The notes under the pieces are model-generated. The model was not told the origin of the DNA. It worked only from the letters and a program-made list of their open reading frames with translations, and ran no database searches. Shown here piece by piece: positions 47,100 through 57,228 of a stretch of DNA of 64,000 bases. This DNA is from Parcubacteria group bacterium Athens0714_12 (GTDB lineage Bacteria > Patescibacteriota > Patescibacteriia > UBA2591 > VMGY01): assembly GCA_007378955.1 (NCBI GenBank), contig VMGY01000001.1:38804-102803 (forward strand), read 5' to 3'. Positions within the stretch are counted from its first letter, which is position 1. Each line of letters begins with the position of its first letter. The translations under genes were made by a program, and so were the position numbers.

Positions 47100-48353
47100 T
47101 TATTTTCTCTCCTCCAATTTCGCTTTTACTTTTTTCTCTTTTCCTTTGCTTAAAATTTTTAATTCTATTTCATCGCCCGGCTTGTATTTAGAAATTTCTT
47201 TCGCCAAGGAACGTTTTTCATTTATTTTTTGGCCGTTAACTTCCAAAATTATGTCATTTTCCAATAAGCCTGCTTTGTCGGCCGGACTGCCGGGAATAAC
47301 CGCCAAATCAACGGCATTCTGGCCTCTCTGAATTAAGGCGCCATAATTCACTGAAAGATTATTCGCCTTGGCAATCGCCTCATTGATAATTAAATATCTG
47401 ACACCCAAATACGGCCTGACTATTCTACCGTATTTTTTAACGTTCTCAATTACTGCTTTTGCCTCATTAACCGGAATGGCAAAACCAATCAATTGTCCGC
47501 TTTGCGAAACAGCGGTATTAATGCCGATTACCTTGCCATTTAAATCAATAAGCGGCCCCCCTGAATTGCCTGGATTAATCGCCGCGTCTGTCTGGATTAC
47601 ATTTTCCAAAGTTTCGCTTCTGCCTAAAGTATCGCCGGCGACAATCGTCCGCCCAATACCGGAAATCACGCCCTGCGTCACCGTGTTTCTATACTCACCT
47701 AAAGCATTGCCAATCGCCACTACTGTCTGGCCTGCTTGCAATTTATCAGAATCGCCCAATTCCACGGGAATTAAATTTTTCGCTTCCACTTTAATGATAG
47801 CAATATCGTTTGTCGGGTCAACGGCCAAAATTTCGGCTTTGTATTTTTCACCGTCATTGGTTACTATGGTGTATTCCGCTTCTTCATCGCTGACGACATG
47901 TTTATTAGTCAAAACCATGCCATCTTGGGAGATTATAAATCCACTGCCCCAGCCGACTTCTTCTTTTTCTGTCTTTTGTTCTACTCTTGGCGTATAAAAT
48001 CTAAACGGGGAGCCATATCCGCCAAAAAAATCGTCATTAAAAAAATCTTCGGGAGAAGAAGGACTCTGATAATATTTAGTAACATCTTTAGTAATGACAA
48101 TACTGACCACTGAAGGAGAAATCTTTTTCACCGCTTTTATCGTGGAAGATTCTTCTATTTTAATTGAGTTATCGGAAACCGGAACCTCTTTGACGATTTT
48201 TTGAAACATCGGCGGCAAAGAATTCGGCAAATAATTGGAAAGATAGCTGCTGCCTAAAATTCCGGCAATCCCGCCGGTAAGACCGCCGACGAAAAAACTG
48301 ATAATTAAGGTAATAATAAATAATTTTTGAGGTTTTAAATTTTGGTTGTCCAT
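47100..48353 (-). CDS. htrA: HtrA/DegP serine protease with PDZ domain
   Basis: TNKHVV, DIAI, INPGNSGGPL, PDZ. Confidence 0.95.
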   Translation of the reverse strand: MDNQNLKPQKLFIITLIISFFVGGLTGGIAGILGSSYLSNYLPNSLPPMFQKIVKEVPVSDNSIKIEESSTIKAVKKISPSVVSIVITKDVTKYYQSPSSPEDFFNDDFFGGYGSPFRFYTPRVEQKTEKEEVGWGSGFIISQDGMVLTNKHVVSDEEAEYTIVTNDGEKYKAEILAVDPTNDIAIIKVEAKNLIPVELGDSDKLQAGQTVVAIGNALGEYRNTVTQGVISGIGRTIVAGDTLGRSETLENVIQTDAAINPGNSGGPLIDLNGKVIGINTAVSQSGQLIGFAIPVNEAKAVIENVKKYGRIVRPYLGVRYLIINEAIAKANNLSVNYGALIQRGQNAVDLAVIPGSPADKAGLLENDIILEVNGQKINEKRSLAKEISKYKPGDEIELKILSKGKEKKVKAKLEERK

Positions 48354-48382
48354 AAAACTTTATTTAATCCCTAAATGTATAA

Positions 48383-48400
48383 TGAGATGGTTGTAAAACT
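48383..48400. repeat. Solo end of the 24192 MITE family
   Basis: TGAGATGGTTGTAAAACT matches the element end at 16/18 positions. Confidence 0.65.
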
Positions 48401-48412
48401 CTTTTTTCTATT

Positions 48413-48751
48413 TTATTTGGCATTTATAATATTGGGATTATTCAGAAACATTTCCGCTCCCGGGAGCTTTTGCAAAGTTTCAAACAAATTTTTCTGCTGT
48501 CCGCCCAATTCCTGGATAAGTTCTTGATAGGGCGCGATAAAATTCTGAATCAATGGCGGCAAATAAATCAACCCGATAACAAAAATGGCGATAATCACCA
48601 AAACTTTAATTATCCTCCAAATCCTTTGCCAAAAAATATAACTGTAAATAAATTTAACTTGTTTTTTTATTTCTTCAATAGATTCTGAATTTTTTAGCAA
48701 AAGTTCTTTTATTTCTTCTGAAGTTGAATTATTTTCATTGTTATTAGCCAT
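48413..48751 (-). CDS. Hypothetical single-TM protein
   Basis: Coiled coil, then TM ending IYLPP; start MANN. Confidence 0.7.
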   Translation of the reverse strand: MANNNENNSTSEEIKELLLKNSESIEEIKKQVKFIYSYIFWQRIWRIIKVLVIIAIFVIGLIYLPPLIQNFIAPYQELIQELGGQQKNLFETLQKLPGAEMFLNNPNIINAK

Positions 48752-48764
48752 AATTTTAATTATT

Positions 48765-49514
48765 TTATAAACGAACTTCTGTATTTTCAACGAATTTTTT
48801 CGCCGCCTTTTGCATCTCTTTTAATTTGCTCTCGGCGTATGGCTTAATTTTTTTATATTCTTCTTTCAAAACGCTTTCTTTCGGATTAAACTGCTGTAAA
48901 ACAAATTTTTTTGCCCCTTTTAGAAATTTAGCTATTTTTATTATATCATTTTTAGTCAAAATTGGAACAATGGTAGTTTTAAATTCATAGTCAATGCTTG
49001 AATTTTTGATTATGCCAATACTTTCTTTTATCTTTTTTAAATTTACTTTTACGCCTGTTAATTCGTCGTATTTATTTGGTTGTAGGTTGTGAGTTGTAAG
49101 TTGTGAGTTGTAAGTTGTTAATTGTAAGTTATCTACTGGCGCTTTTATATCCATCGCGACAAAATTTAATAATTTTTCTTTAATCATTTTTTTCAACATC
49201 TCCGGGTTACTGCCATTAGTTTCTATCCCAATTAAAAATTTTAATTTTTTAACTTTTTTAATAAAATTTTGTAACCCCTTTTTTAAAGTCGGTTCTCCAC
49301 CGGTAATTATTATTCCGTCTAAAAGTTTTTTTCTTGTTTTTAAAAAATCTAGAATTTCCCCCTCTTTAAATGAAGGCAATTTTTCTGAATTTAAAACTAA
49401 ATCTTTATTATAGCACCAAGGGCAGCGCCAATTGCATCCCCCTACCCACAAAACCGAAACAATCTTGCCCGGATATTCAATTAATGATGTCTTTTGCCAA
49501 CCGCGAAAAATCAT
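48765..49514 (-). CDS. nrdG: Anaerobic RNR activating radical SAM enzyme
   Basis: GCNWRCPWCYN, ITGGEPT, ETNGS, AMDIKA; overlaps the nrdD stop. Confidence 0.93.
   Translation of the reverse strand: MIFRGWQKTSLIEYPGKIVSVLWVGGCNWRCPWCYNKDLVLNSEKLPSFKEGEILDFLKTRKKLLDGIIITGGEPTLKKGLQNFIKKVKKLKFLIGIETNGSNPEMLKKMIKEKLLNFVAMDIKAPVDNLQLTTYNSQLTTHNLQPNKYDELTGVKVNLKKIKESIGIIKNSSIDYEFKTTIVPILTKNDIIKIAKFLKGAKKFVLQQFNPKESVLKEEYKKIKPYAESKLKEMQKAAKKFVENTEVRL
49079..49134. repeat. In-frame heptamer tandem repeat within nrdG
   Basis: GTTGTAG GTTGTGA GTTGTAA GTTGTGA GTTGTAA GTTGTTA ATTGTAA GTTATCT. Confidence 0.85.
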
Positions 49515-51631
49515 TTATTAAAAGTAGGCTGCGGAGTTTCTATCTTATATGTTTTGCGTTCGCGAAATTCCTGCTGTTTTCCAATATTATATTGGGACAC
49601 GGGCCTAAGGTAGCCGACGACGCGCGAATACACTTCGCAAGGCTGTTTAAAAGCGCATTTTGGGCAATCAAAATGTTCGCCTGCTATATAGCCATGCGTC
49701 GGACAAATAGAAAAAGTCGGGGTTAAAGTAATATAAGCTAAATGAAAATTTTCAAAAATCTTTTTGACTAAATTTTTTACCGCCCGCACATTGTAAATTT
49801 TTTCCCCTAAAAATAAATGCATTACCGTGCCTCCCGTGTATTTGCATTGCAAATCATCTTGAAGCTTTAACGCCTCAAAAACATCGTCAGTATAATTAAC
49901 CGGTAATTGTGTTGAATTCGTGTAAAATGGAATTTCTCTGGTGCCCGAGGTAATAATATCCGAATACCTTTCCTTGTCTGCTTTCGCTTGGCGATAACTC
50001 GTTCCTTCGGCGGGCGTCGCTTCAAGATTATAAAGATGCCCTGTTTCTTCCTGATATTTTACCAGCGCGTCTCTCATATAATCCAAAACTTCCAAAGAAA
50101 AATTCCTGCCTTCCTCCGCGCCAATATCCTTGCCGATAAAATTAAGAGACGCTTCATTCATGCCGATTAAGCCAATCGTGGAAAAATGATTGCCATAATA
50201 TGTATTTCTTATCTTTTTAATTGAAGATAGATAATGCTTAGAGTAGGGATAAAGCCCTTTTTCCATAAAATTATCTAGAGTCTTTCTCTTGATTTCCAGG
50301 CTTTCTTTTGCCAAATCCATCAGACGTTTTAATCTTTCAAAAAATTCATTTTTTGATTTTGATAAATAGCCGATTCTTGGCATATTGATTGTCACCACGC
50401 CGATACTTCCCGTGAGCGGCGCTGAGCCAAAAAGTCCGCCGCCTCTTTTATAAAGCTCTTTATTCGAAAGACGAAGTCTGCAGCACATACTGCGAAAATC
50501 TTCTGGGTTCATGTCTGACTTAACAAAATTTTGAAAATAATTTACGCCATATTTTGCCGTCGCCTCCCACATTGCTTCCAAAGCGGGGTTATCCCAATTA
50601 AAATCATCTCCAATTGATACTGTCGGAATAGGAAAAGTAAATGGCCTTCCTTTGGCGTCGCCTTCCATTAAACATTCATAAAAAGCGCGGTTAAACATAT
50701 TCATTTCTTCCTGAAACTCGCCATAAGTCTCTTCTTTTGCTTCGCCGCCGATAACAACTGGTTGTTCGGCTAAAAACTTTGGCGGTTTTATGTCCAAGCT
50801 TACATTTAAGAATGGCGTCTGAAAGCCGGTTCTCGTGGGCACCGAACAATTAAAAAGAAATTCCTGCATTGCTTGCTTTACTTGATGATAACTCAAGTCA
50901 TCGTATTTTATAAAAGGAGCTAAAAGAGTATCAAAATTTGATACGGCCTGAGCGCCAGCGTTCTCCCCTTGCAATGTATAAAAAAAATTAACAAGCTGGC
51001 CTAAAGCGGTTTTAAAATGTTTTGCCGGCTTTGATTCAATTTTTGCCGCCACGCCGCCAAATCCTCTTATTAATAAATCATAAAGATCCCATCCCATGCA
51101 ATAACAGCTGATGGTGTCTAAATTATGAATATGGAAATCTTCATTTATCGCCGCTTCCCTTATTTCCTTGGGATAAATTTTATTCAGCCAATATTTTTTG
51201 GCAGCCGATGAAATTATATACTGATTTAATCCCTGCAAAGAGTAAGTCATATTGGCGTTTTCGTGAACCTGCCAATCTAACTCTTGAATATATTTATCTA
51301 CTAATTTCGTGGACTCGTCAATCGCCGCCGCCGATTCTCTAATCCTTCTTCTTTGTTCTCGATATAAAATATAAGCCTTGGCAGTTTCTAATAAGCCTTC
51401 TGAAATTAAAACATCTTCCACGATATTCTGGATTTGTTCCACTTGGGGTATTTCCCCATCTTTAAATTTACTCTCTGCGATCTGCGATACTTTATTAGAT
51501 AATTCTTTTGATTTTTCTCCATCCCCTTGATTAGTGGCTGTGAGGGCTTTAAAAATAGCATTAGTAATTTTTTCTTGGTCAAAACTGGCAATTTGGCCGT
51601 TTCTTTTTTTTATTTCCTTGATTATCGCCAT
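49511..51631 (-). CDS. nrdD: Class III ribonucleoside-triphosphate reductase with ATP cone
   Basis: IKKRNG ATP cone, SMCCRL, EATPAEG, YSRVVGYLRP. Confidence 0.96.
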   Translation of the reverse strand: MAIIKEIKKRNGQIASFDQEKITNAIFKALTATNQGDGEKSKELSNKVSQIAESKFKDGEIPQVEQIQNIVEDVLISEGLLETAKAYILYREQRRRIRESAAAIDESTKLVDKYIQELDWQVHENANMTYSLQGLNQYIISSAAKKYWLNKIYPKEIREAAINEDFHIHNLDTISCYCMGWDLYDLLIRGFGGVAAKIESKPAKHFKTALGQLVNFFYTLQGENAGAQAVSNFDTLLAPFIKYDDLSYHQVKQAMQEFLFNCSVPTRTGFQTPFLNVSLDIKPPKFLAEQPVVIGGEAKEETYGEFQEEMNMFNRAFYECLMEGDAKGRPFTFPIPTVSIGDDFNWDNPALEAMWEATAKYGVNYFQNFVKSDMNPEDFRSMCCRLRLSNKELYKRGGGLFGSAPLTGSIGVVTINMPRIGYLSKSKNEFFERLKRLMDLAKESLEIKRKTLDNFMEKGLYPYSKHYLSSIKKIRNTYYGNHFSTIGLIGMNEASLNFIGKDIGAEEGRNFSLEVLDYMRDALVKYQEETGHLYNLEATPAEGTSYRQAKADKERYSDIITSGTREIPFYTNSTQLPVNYTDDVFEALKLQDDLQCKYTGGTVMHLFLGEKIYNVRAVKNLVKKIFENFHLAYITLTPTFSICPTHGYIAGEHFDCPKCAFKQPCEVYSRVVGYLRPVSQYNIGKQQEFRERKTYKIETPQPTFNK

Positions 51632-51697
51632 AGCTTAAAATATCTAATAATAAATTTTAGTTTCTAATAAAACATCTTTTTTTAAAACGCGAAAAAA

Positions 51698-52825
51698 TTA
51701 CATCATTTTTTTTCTGATAAAAGCGGGGATATCCAATTCTTTATCTTCATCTGTTTTTTCTTCATTAAAAATTATTTGCTTAAGAGCTTCTTTTTTTTCA
51801 AAAAAATGAGAATTTTTTAAATTTATAATCGGCTTTTCTTCTTCTATTAATAATTTTTCTTTCTTAAAAAAATCTTTTCCAAAGCCCGTGGCAATGACCG
51901 TGATTTTTATATCATTCTTTAAAGATTCGTCGATTACCGCGCCAAAAATAATTTTAGCGTTAGAATCGGAATTTTCCGTAATCACTTTAGCCGCTTCTTC
52001 AACTTCGTGCATCGTTAAATCTTTTCCGCCGGTAACAGTAAATAAAATTCCTTTCGCGCCTTCAATAGAAAGTTCTAAAAGAGGACTGCTAATCGCCTGT
52101 TTTGCCGCCTCAACCGCCCTATTTTCGCCTGACGCTTTGCCAATTCCCATTAAAGCGCTGCCAGCGTCTTTCATAATTGCTTTAACATCAGCAAAGTCTA
52201 CGTTAATTAATCCGGGAATAGTAATAATTTCAGAAATACCTTGCACTCCTTGCCTCAAAACATCATCCACTATTTTAAAAGCGTCTAATAAGGAAGTTTT
52301 TTTATCCACGATTTGCAAAATTCTATCATTAGGAATTGTAATAATAGCATCCACTTTTTCTCTCAATTCTTCCCATGCTTTTTCAGCTATTTCAATTCTT
52401 TGCGCTCCTTCAAAAGAAAATGGCTTGGTAATCACTGCGATAGTCAAAGCGCCTAAGTCGCGGGCAATTTCCGCGATAACAGAAGAAGCGCCGGAACAAG
52501 TTCCTCCTCCCAAGCCACCAGTAATAAAAACCATATCCGCCCCCTTTAAAGCGTCATTGACTTCGCTTTCATTTTCTTCGGCGGATTTACGGCCCAATTC
52601 CGGATTCATCCCCGCACCCAAACCGCGAGTTGTATTTTTACCGATATGTATTTTTTTAGGAGCCGGAATATGATGCAAAGCCTGGGCATCAGTATTTATC
52701 ACCACAAACTCCACCCCCCTGATTTTTGACTGAATCATTCTTGAAATAGCCGCGCCTCCACCTCCCCCCACGCCAACTACTTTAATTTTAGCGAAAGTTT
52801 CTAAATTTGGCTTCACTTCTGGCAT
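51698..52825 (-). CDS. ftsZ: Cell division protein FtsZ
   Basis: GGLGGGTCSG, INVDFAD, DIPAFIRK. Confidence 0.98.
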   Translation of the reverse strand: MPEVKPNLETFAKIKVVGVGGGGGAAISRMIQSKIRGVEFVVINTDAQALHHIPAPKKIHIGKNTTRGLGAGMNPELGRKSAEENESEVNDALKGADMVFITGGLGGGTCSGASSVIAEIARDLGALTIAVITKPFSFEGAQRIEIAEKAWEELREKVDAIITIPNDRILQIVDKKTSLLDAFKIVDDVLRQGVQGISEIITIPGLINVDFADVKAIMKDAGSALMGIGKASGENRAVEAAKQAISSPLLELSIEGAKGILFTVTGGKDLTMHEVEEAAKVITENSDSNAKIIFGAVIDESLKNDIKITVIATGFGKDFFKKEKLLIEEEKPIINLKNSHFFEKKEALKQIIFNEEKTDEDKELDIPAFIRKKMM

Positions 52826-52856
52826 ATAAATAGTTTTAAATTTAATATTTCATTAT

Positions 52857-52947
52857 ATTAGACCTACTGCATAATAATTATGCAATAGGTCTAATTTTAA
52901 AATCCTAAACTTTTACTGCTTGCAATTTGTCTAGGATTTTAAAATTA
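52857..52947. repeat. Two adjacent hairpins between ftsA and ftsZ
   Basis: ATTAGACCTA.TGCATAAT / ATTATGCA.TAGGTCTAAT; TAATTTTAAAATCCTA / TAGGATTTTAAAATTA. Confidence 0.8.
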
Positions 52948-52950
52948 TTT

Positions 52951-54180
52951 TTACGGTATTAATTTTTTAAACAATTTTTTTATTATTTTTGATATTTTAT
53001 TGCTTAATTTGGCTAAAAATTTTACCTCGCCGGTTGTTTTTTCTGTTTGCGCTCCCCATAAAACCAATCCTAAGGCGCAAGAAAATATTGGGTCGTAAAT
53101 TTTATCAACAGCGCTAATTACGTTTTGATTTACCCCCAAACTAGCCGGTAACTTAAATTCTTCCTTTGCTATTTCAATTATGCCTTCTAATTTGCTTCCG
53201 CCGCCGGTTAAAACTATTCCTGCTGGCAGTTTACCACTTCTGCTGATTCTATGCAATTCTTGATCAGCCATTTTAAAAATTTCTTCTATTCTGGCTCCAA
53301 TAATTTCTCCTATCTGCCTTTTGGAAATTATGCCATTTTCATTTTCATCTATTTCATTTAAATTAATCTCGCCTCTCCTTCCTCCGCGCCAAAGAGAAGA
53401 CGAACCATAAAGCAATTTTATCTTTTCAGCCATTTCTATTGAAGTTTTCAGACCAATGGCAATATCTGACGTGATATGATTGCCGCCTACCGGCAAAACT
53501 TTAGCCGTTAAAAGGTCTCCTTCTTCAAAAACCGCCAAACTAGTGGTGGCGCCGCCTAAATCTATCACCGCCGCGCCCAATTCTTTTTGCTTTTTATTTA
53601 AAACTGCCTCGCTGGTGGCAATAATAGAAAAAACCAAATCCTCTATTTCCAAACCAGTCCGATAAATTACTTTGGTTAAATTTTTTACTTGATTTGACAA
53701 TCCTTCAATTATTTCCGCTTCAACCTCTAATCTTATTCCTGCCATGCCAAGGGGATCTTTTATTCCGGATTGATTATCGATCGTGAAAGACTTTGGAATG
53801 ACATGCAAAATTTCATAATTAGGAGGAGTGGCCACTGCTTGGGCCGCTTCCAATACTCTTTCTATATCTTCCTCTTTTATTTCACCGTCAGCTTTAGAGA
53901 TGGTGACAACTCCCTTAGTTTCTTGCGAGGTAATATGATTTCCTGAAATTCCCACGTAAGCCTTTTCCAAAGGGACGCCGATCATTCTTTCCATTTTTTC
54001 CAAGCAAGCGGAAATGCTGGATACCGCGTCTTCAACGCTGCTAATTGTCCCTTTACTCACTCCCTCGGATTGTTTTTCCGTAGCGCCGATAATATGAATT
54101 TTATCTTCCAATAATTGAGCCGCTACCGCCTTTATAGCGGTAGTTCCTATATCCAAACCAATGATAACTTTTTCTTTCAT
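52951..54180 (-). CDS. ftsA: Cell division protein FtsA
   Basis: GLDIGT, IDLGG, LTGGG; adjacent to ftsZ. Confidence 0.97.
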   Translation of the reverse strand: MKEKVIIGLDIGTTAIKAVAAQLLEDKIHIIGATEKQSEGVSKGTISSVEDAVSSISACLEKMERMIGVPLEKAYVGISGNHITSQETKGVVTISKADGEIKEEDIERVLEAAQAVATPPNYEILHVIPKSFTIDNQSGIKDPLGMAGIRLEVEAEIIEGLSNQVKNLTKVIYRTGLEIEDLVFSIIATSEAVLNKKQKELGAAVIDLGGATTSLAVFEEGDLLTAKVLPVGGNHITSDIAIGLKTSIEMAEKIKLLYGSSSLWRGGRRGEINLNEIDENENGIISKRQIGEIIGARIEEIFKMADQELHRISRSGKLPAGIVLTGGGSKLEGIIEIAKEEFKLPASLGVNQNVISAVDKIYDPIFSCALGLVLWGAQTEKTTGEVKFLAKLSNKISKIIKKLFKKLIP

Positions 54181-54243
54181 ATAATATTATTATACAAAAA
54201 ATTTAATTAATATAAAAGCGCAAATAAAAAAATAAAAATTTAT

Positions 54244-54600
54244 TTAAAAAAAATACGGCATAAAAATCAACAAACCTATGATTATCGCGGCAATCGTCGC
54301 GATTAAAACCGTCCCCGCTAAAATATCTTTTATGTCTTTTATATAATGATGAATTCTAGGTTTTAAAATGTCGCTTAATTTTTCAAAAACAGTATTAATC
54401 AGCTCTAAAACCAATACGGAACTAATAACCAAAACTAAACTAATTTTTTCCCAAACTTTCAATTTAAAATAAAAAGCAAGAATTAAAACCAAAACCGCTA
54501 CGACTATTTGAAATTGAAAACTTTGCTCGTAACGAAAAGCATGGCTTAATCCCTTAAAAGCATTGTGAAAACTCTTAAAAAATCTTTTAAAATTAGCCAT
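54244..54600 (-). CDS. dgkA: Diacylglycerol/undecaprenol kinase
   Basis: SFHNAFKGL, ELINTVFE, KDILAG; follows ybeY. Confidence 0.9.
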   Translation of the reverse strand: MANFKRFFKSFHNAFKGLSHAFRYEQSFQFQIVVAVLVLILAFYFKLKVWEKISLVLVISSVLVLELINTVFEKLSDILKPRIHHYIKDIKDILAGTVLIATIAAIIIGLLIFMPYFF

Positions 54601-54630
54601 CTTATGCTCCTTTTTTAGCCATACTTAAAT

Positions 54631-54762
54631 AAATTCTAAATCCTAATATCTAAATCCTAAAAAAATTCTAAATTCAAATGTTCAAAATTCAAAACCCTTT
54701 TGATTATTTGGATTTTGTATTTTGAATTTGTTTAGGATTTCAAATTTTGTATTTCGAATTTT
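54631..54762. repeat. Second heptamer-built palindromic repeat, overlapping the ybeY stop
   Basis: AAATTCTAAATCCTAATATCTAAATCCTAA..TTTAGGATTTCAAATTTTGTATTTCGAATTT. Confidence 0.7.
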
Positions 54763-55139
54763 AACAATCTCTTCTCCAATCTCTCCATCTTTAAAGCGTC
54801 TTTTTCTTTCTGATGGTCATATCCCAATAAATGCAAAAGGCCATGAATCAATAAAATTTCTATTTCTTTTTTTATGGAATGTTTTTTCTCTTTCGCCTGC
54901 CTTTTTGCCTGTGGATAACAAATAATAATTTCCTTAACATCTTCAAAACTTAATACATCGGTGATACGATTTTTTTTTCTGTAAATTTTATTTAAATTTT
55001 TTATCGCCTTGTCCCCGACAAAAGCAATGGAAATTTCCTTGCTTTCTTTTTCCGCCATTTCTTTTAAACATTCTTTAATTATCTTTTTTATCCATCCTTT
55101 GCTAATCGACGCTTTAACTAAATTATTAATTTCAATCAT
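54732..55139 (-). CDS. ybeY: rRNA maturation endoribonuclease YbeY
   Basis: TDVLSF, HGLLHLLGYDH. Confidence 0.96.
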   Translation of the reverse strand: MIEINNLVKASISKGWIKKIIKECLKEMAEKESKEISIAFVGDKAIKNLNKIYRKKNRITDVLSFEDVKEIIICYPQAKRQAKEKKHSIKKEIEILLIHGLLHLLGYDHQKEKDALKMERLEKRLLKFEIQNLKS

Positions 55140-55173
55140 TGTAATATAATACTAATCGGCGAATTTACATAAA

Positions 55174-56532
55174 TTATTCTATTTTTAAGCTATTTTTCAT
55201 CATTTCAAATGTATTTTTGAAATTTAATTCTACTTTATCCCCATAATTATAAATCAGGCCATAAATTTTATCCAGCTCGCCAAAATAAATAATTTTTTGT
55301 CCTGAAGTATGGGAAATTTCTATTCCCTCATAATCAGCTACTTTTACATTTTTAATTTTTTCCAAATTCAATTTTTCTTCCGCGGTAAATTGTTCCTCGT
55401 ACCATTTTAAAGCGCTCAGCCGCCCCGGATTATCTAAAGTTAAAATCTCCATGAATTCTCCTGTCGCGGAAGTAAAAATAATATTGGCGTAAGTTTCATC
55501 CAATGTTTGGGCTATCCAGCTCGCCGGATAAAAAATGCTGTATTTAAAAATGGGATTGCTGTAAATATTAATCAAGCCGGACGTGTCAAGCTTTCCCGTT
55601 CTTGAAACAGGACTATAAAGCTTAACTACTTCTTCACCGTCTAAATAATTATCGCCGTCGCTATCCGAATTAAGGGGGTTGGTTTTATAAATTTTTTCTT
55701 CCTCGTCGGTCAAGCCGTCTTTATCCAAATCCGCGCCGGAAAACAATTCTTCGCCAGGCAATTCTATTTCGCTTTCTAAAGAAATAATGATGGCATAAGT
55801 ATAACTTTCTAATTTATCCAAAGAAACAGAAATCGTGTTATTTTGCTCGTCAATATTTCCTTCTAAAGTTTGCCATCCTTTATCGCCCCAAGAGCCTATC
55901 TTTAAATCTTTTGTTTGTTTTTCAATCTTTAAAAGTTCTTCTCCCGCGCAAGTCAAATAAAGAGTAACGGGCTTGAATAAGCTGATTAATTGCGGCTCTA
56001 AAAAATAAACCGGACCGATAATTTGAATTGTTGGGTCAAAATCTTCGTATACTTCTTTTGGGTAAGCCGTAATTTTAATATTCAAACCTTCTTCAACCGC
56101 CCCGACAGGAACAACTAATTTCGCTTTTCCAATTACCTTGCCTTTTTCATCTTTTAGTTCTTGAGCAATGACCTGCTCCGAAGCTATTTCCGGCGAGGGA
56201 TTAATGGCGGTTTCTTCTTGTTCAATATTTTGTTCAACTTTTTCAACCGGTTCTTTTTTTTCTATTTCTCCCAACCTATCCCATAACAGCTTAAAAAAGA
56301 AAATCCCGATTCCTATCGCTAAAATTATAAAAAAAGAAACTAAAATAATTAAAATTATAACTTTTTTATTTTTATTCTTCTTTTTTATCTTAGGAATAAA
56401 TTTTTCCGGCATTACATAAATCTTCTCTTCTCCCGCCGAAAGATTAGAAATGGAAGAATCAGAAAAAAAAATTTCTTCTTTATTTATTTTTTGTTCTTCG
56501 TCAAGATTTATTTTTTTTGGAGCCTCAAACAT
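55174..56532 (-). CDS. Membrane-anchored protein with TSP3-like Ca-binding repeats
   Basis: DLDKDGLTDEEE..TNPLNSDSDGDNYLDGEE; single TM. Confidence 0.8.
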   Translation of the reverse strand: MFEAPKKINLDEEQKINKEEIFFSDSSISNLSAGEEKIYVMPEKFIPKIKKKNKNKKVIILIILVSFFIILAIGIGIFFFKLLWDRLGEIEKKEPVEKVEQNIEQEETAINPSPEIASEQVIAQELKDEKGKVIGKAKLVVPVGAVEEGLNIKITAYPKEVYEDFDPTIQIIGPVYFLEPQLISLFKPVTLYLTCAGEELLKIEKQTKDLKIGSWGDKGWQTLEGNIDEQNNTISVSLDKLESYTYAIIISLESEIELPGEELFSGADLDKDGLTDEEEKIYKTNPLNSDSDGDNYLDGEEVVKLYSPVSRTGKLDTSGLINIYSNPIFKYSIFYPASWIAQTLDETYANIIFTSATGEFMEILTLDNPGRLSALKWYEEQFTAEEKLNLEKIKNVKVADYEGIEISHTSGQKIIYFGELDKIYGLIYNYGDKVELNFKNTFEMMKNSLKIE

Positions 56533-56562
56533 AATAAGTAACTTATAATTAATAACTAATTT

Positions 56563-57150
56563 TTACTTTAATTTCTCTATCTCCGCGTTTAAGTCTAATA
56601 ATTTTGCTCCTTTAGCCGGATTATTCGGGTCGTAGCCACTCCTTACTTCTTGACCGTCTAAAAAACCGTCTCCGTCCGAATCCGGATTAAGCGGGTTTAT
56701 GTTATAAACCCTTGCTTCTTCCCTATCGCTCAAACCGTCTCCGTCCGTGTCAATTTTATATATGCTGGTTCCTAATCCGATTTCTTCCTGGTCACTCAAG
56801 CCATCAGCGTCGCTGTCTTTTGAAAGAAGGGGAATTTTCACTTTTTGCTGATTTATTTTTTCTGTTTCAATTGTTGATTTTTCTTTTCTATTTTTAAATA
56901 CTTCCGACAGTTTGAGATAAGCGAGATAACTGCCGCAAACCGCGCCTGTCACGATTAAAAAACCAATCACGATGGTTATTAATTTTTTCCATATTGGCGA
57001 TTTTTCATCTTTAAAATCAAAAATATCTTTTTGTTTTTCCGCCACTGGCTTCACGCCAAACTTTTCCGTATTAGAAAAAATATCCTCTGGTTCATTTTTT
57101 TGAGGGTTGTCGGCGGAAAATGGATAGCTTTGCCTTTTTTCTTCAAACAT
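56563..57150 (-). CDS. Membrane-anchored TSP3-like Ca-binding repeat protein
   Basis: Three DxDxDGxxDxEE repeats; single TM. Confidence 0.82.
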   Translation of the reverse strand: MFEEKRQSYPFSADNPQKNEPEDIFSNTEKFGVKPVAEKQKDIFDFKDEKSPIWKKLITIVIGFLIVTGAVCGSYLAYLKLSEVFKNRKEKSTIETEKINQQKVKIPLLSKDSDADGLSDQEEIGLGTSIYKIDTDGDGLSDREEARVYNINPLNPDSDGDGFLDGQEVRSGYDPNNPAKGAKLLDLNAEIEKLK

Positions 57151-57228
57151 AAAATTAATTAATAATAATTATAACACTAATTATTAAAACCAACAATTTT
57201 TTTAACGGATATTTTTTAATTAAAAACA

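Noticed and set aside
54910-54918. DnaA box inside ybeY
   Set aside because: Falls in the conserved CYPQ codons; likely coincidental
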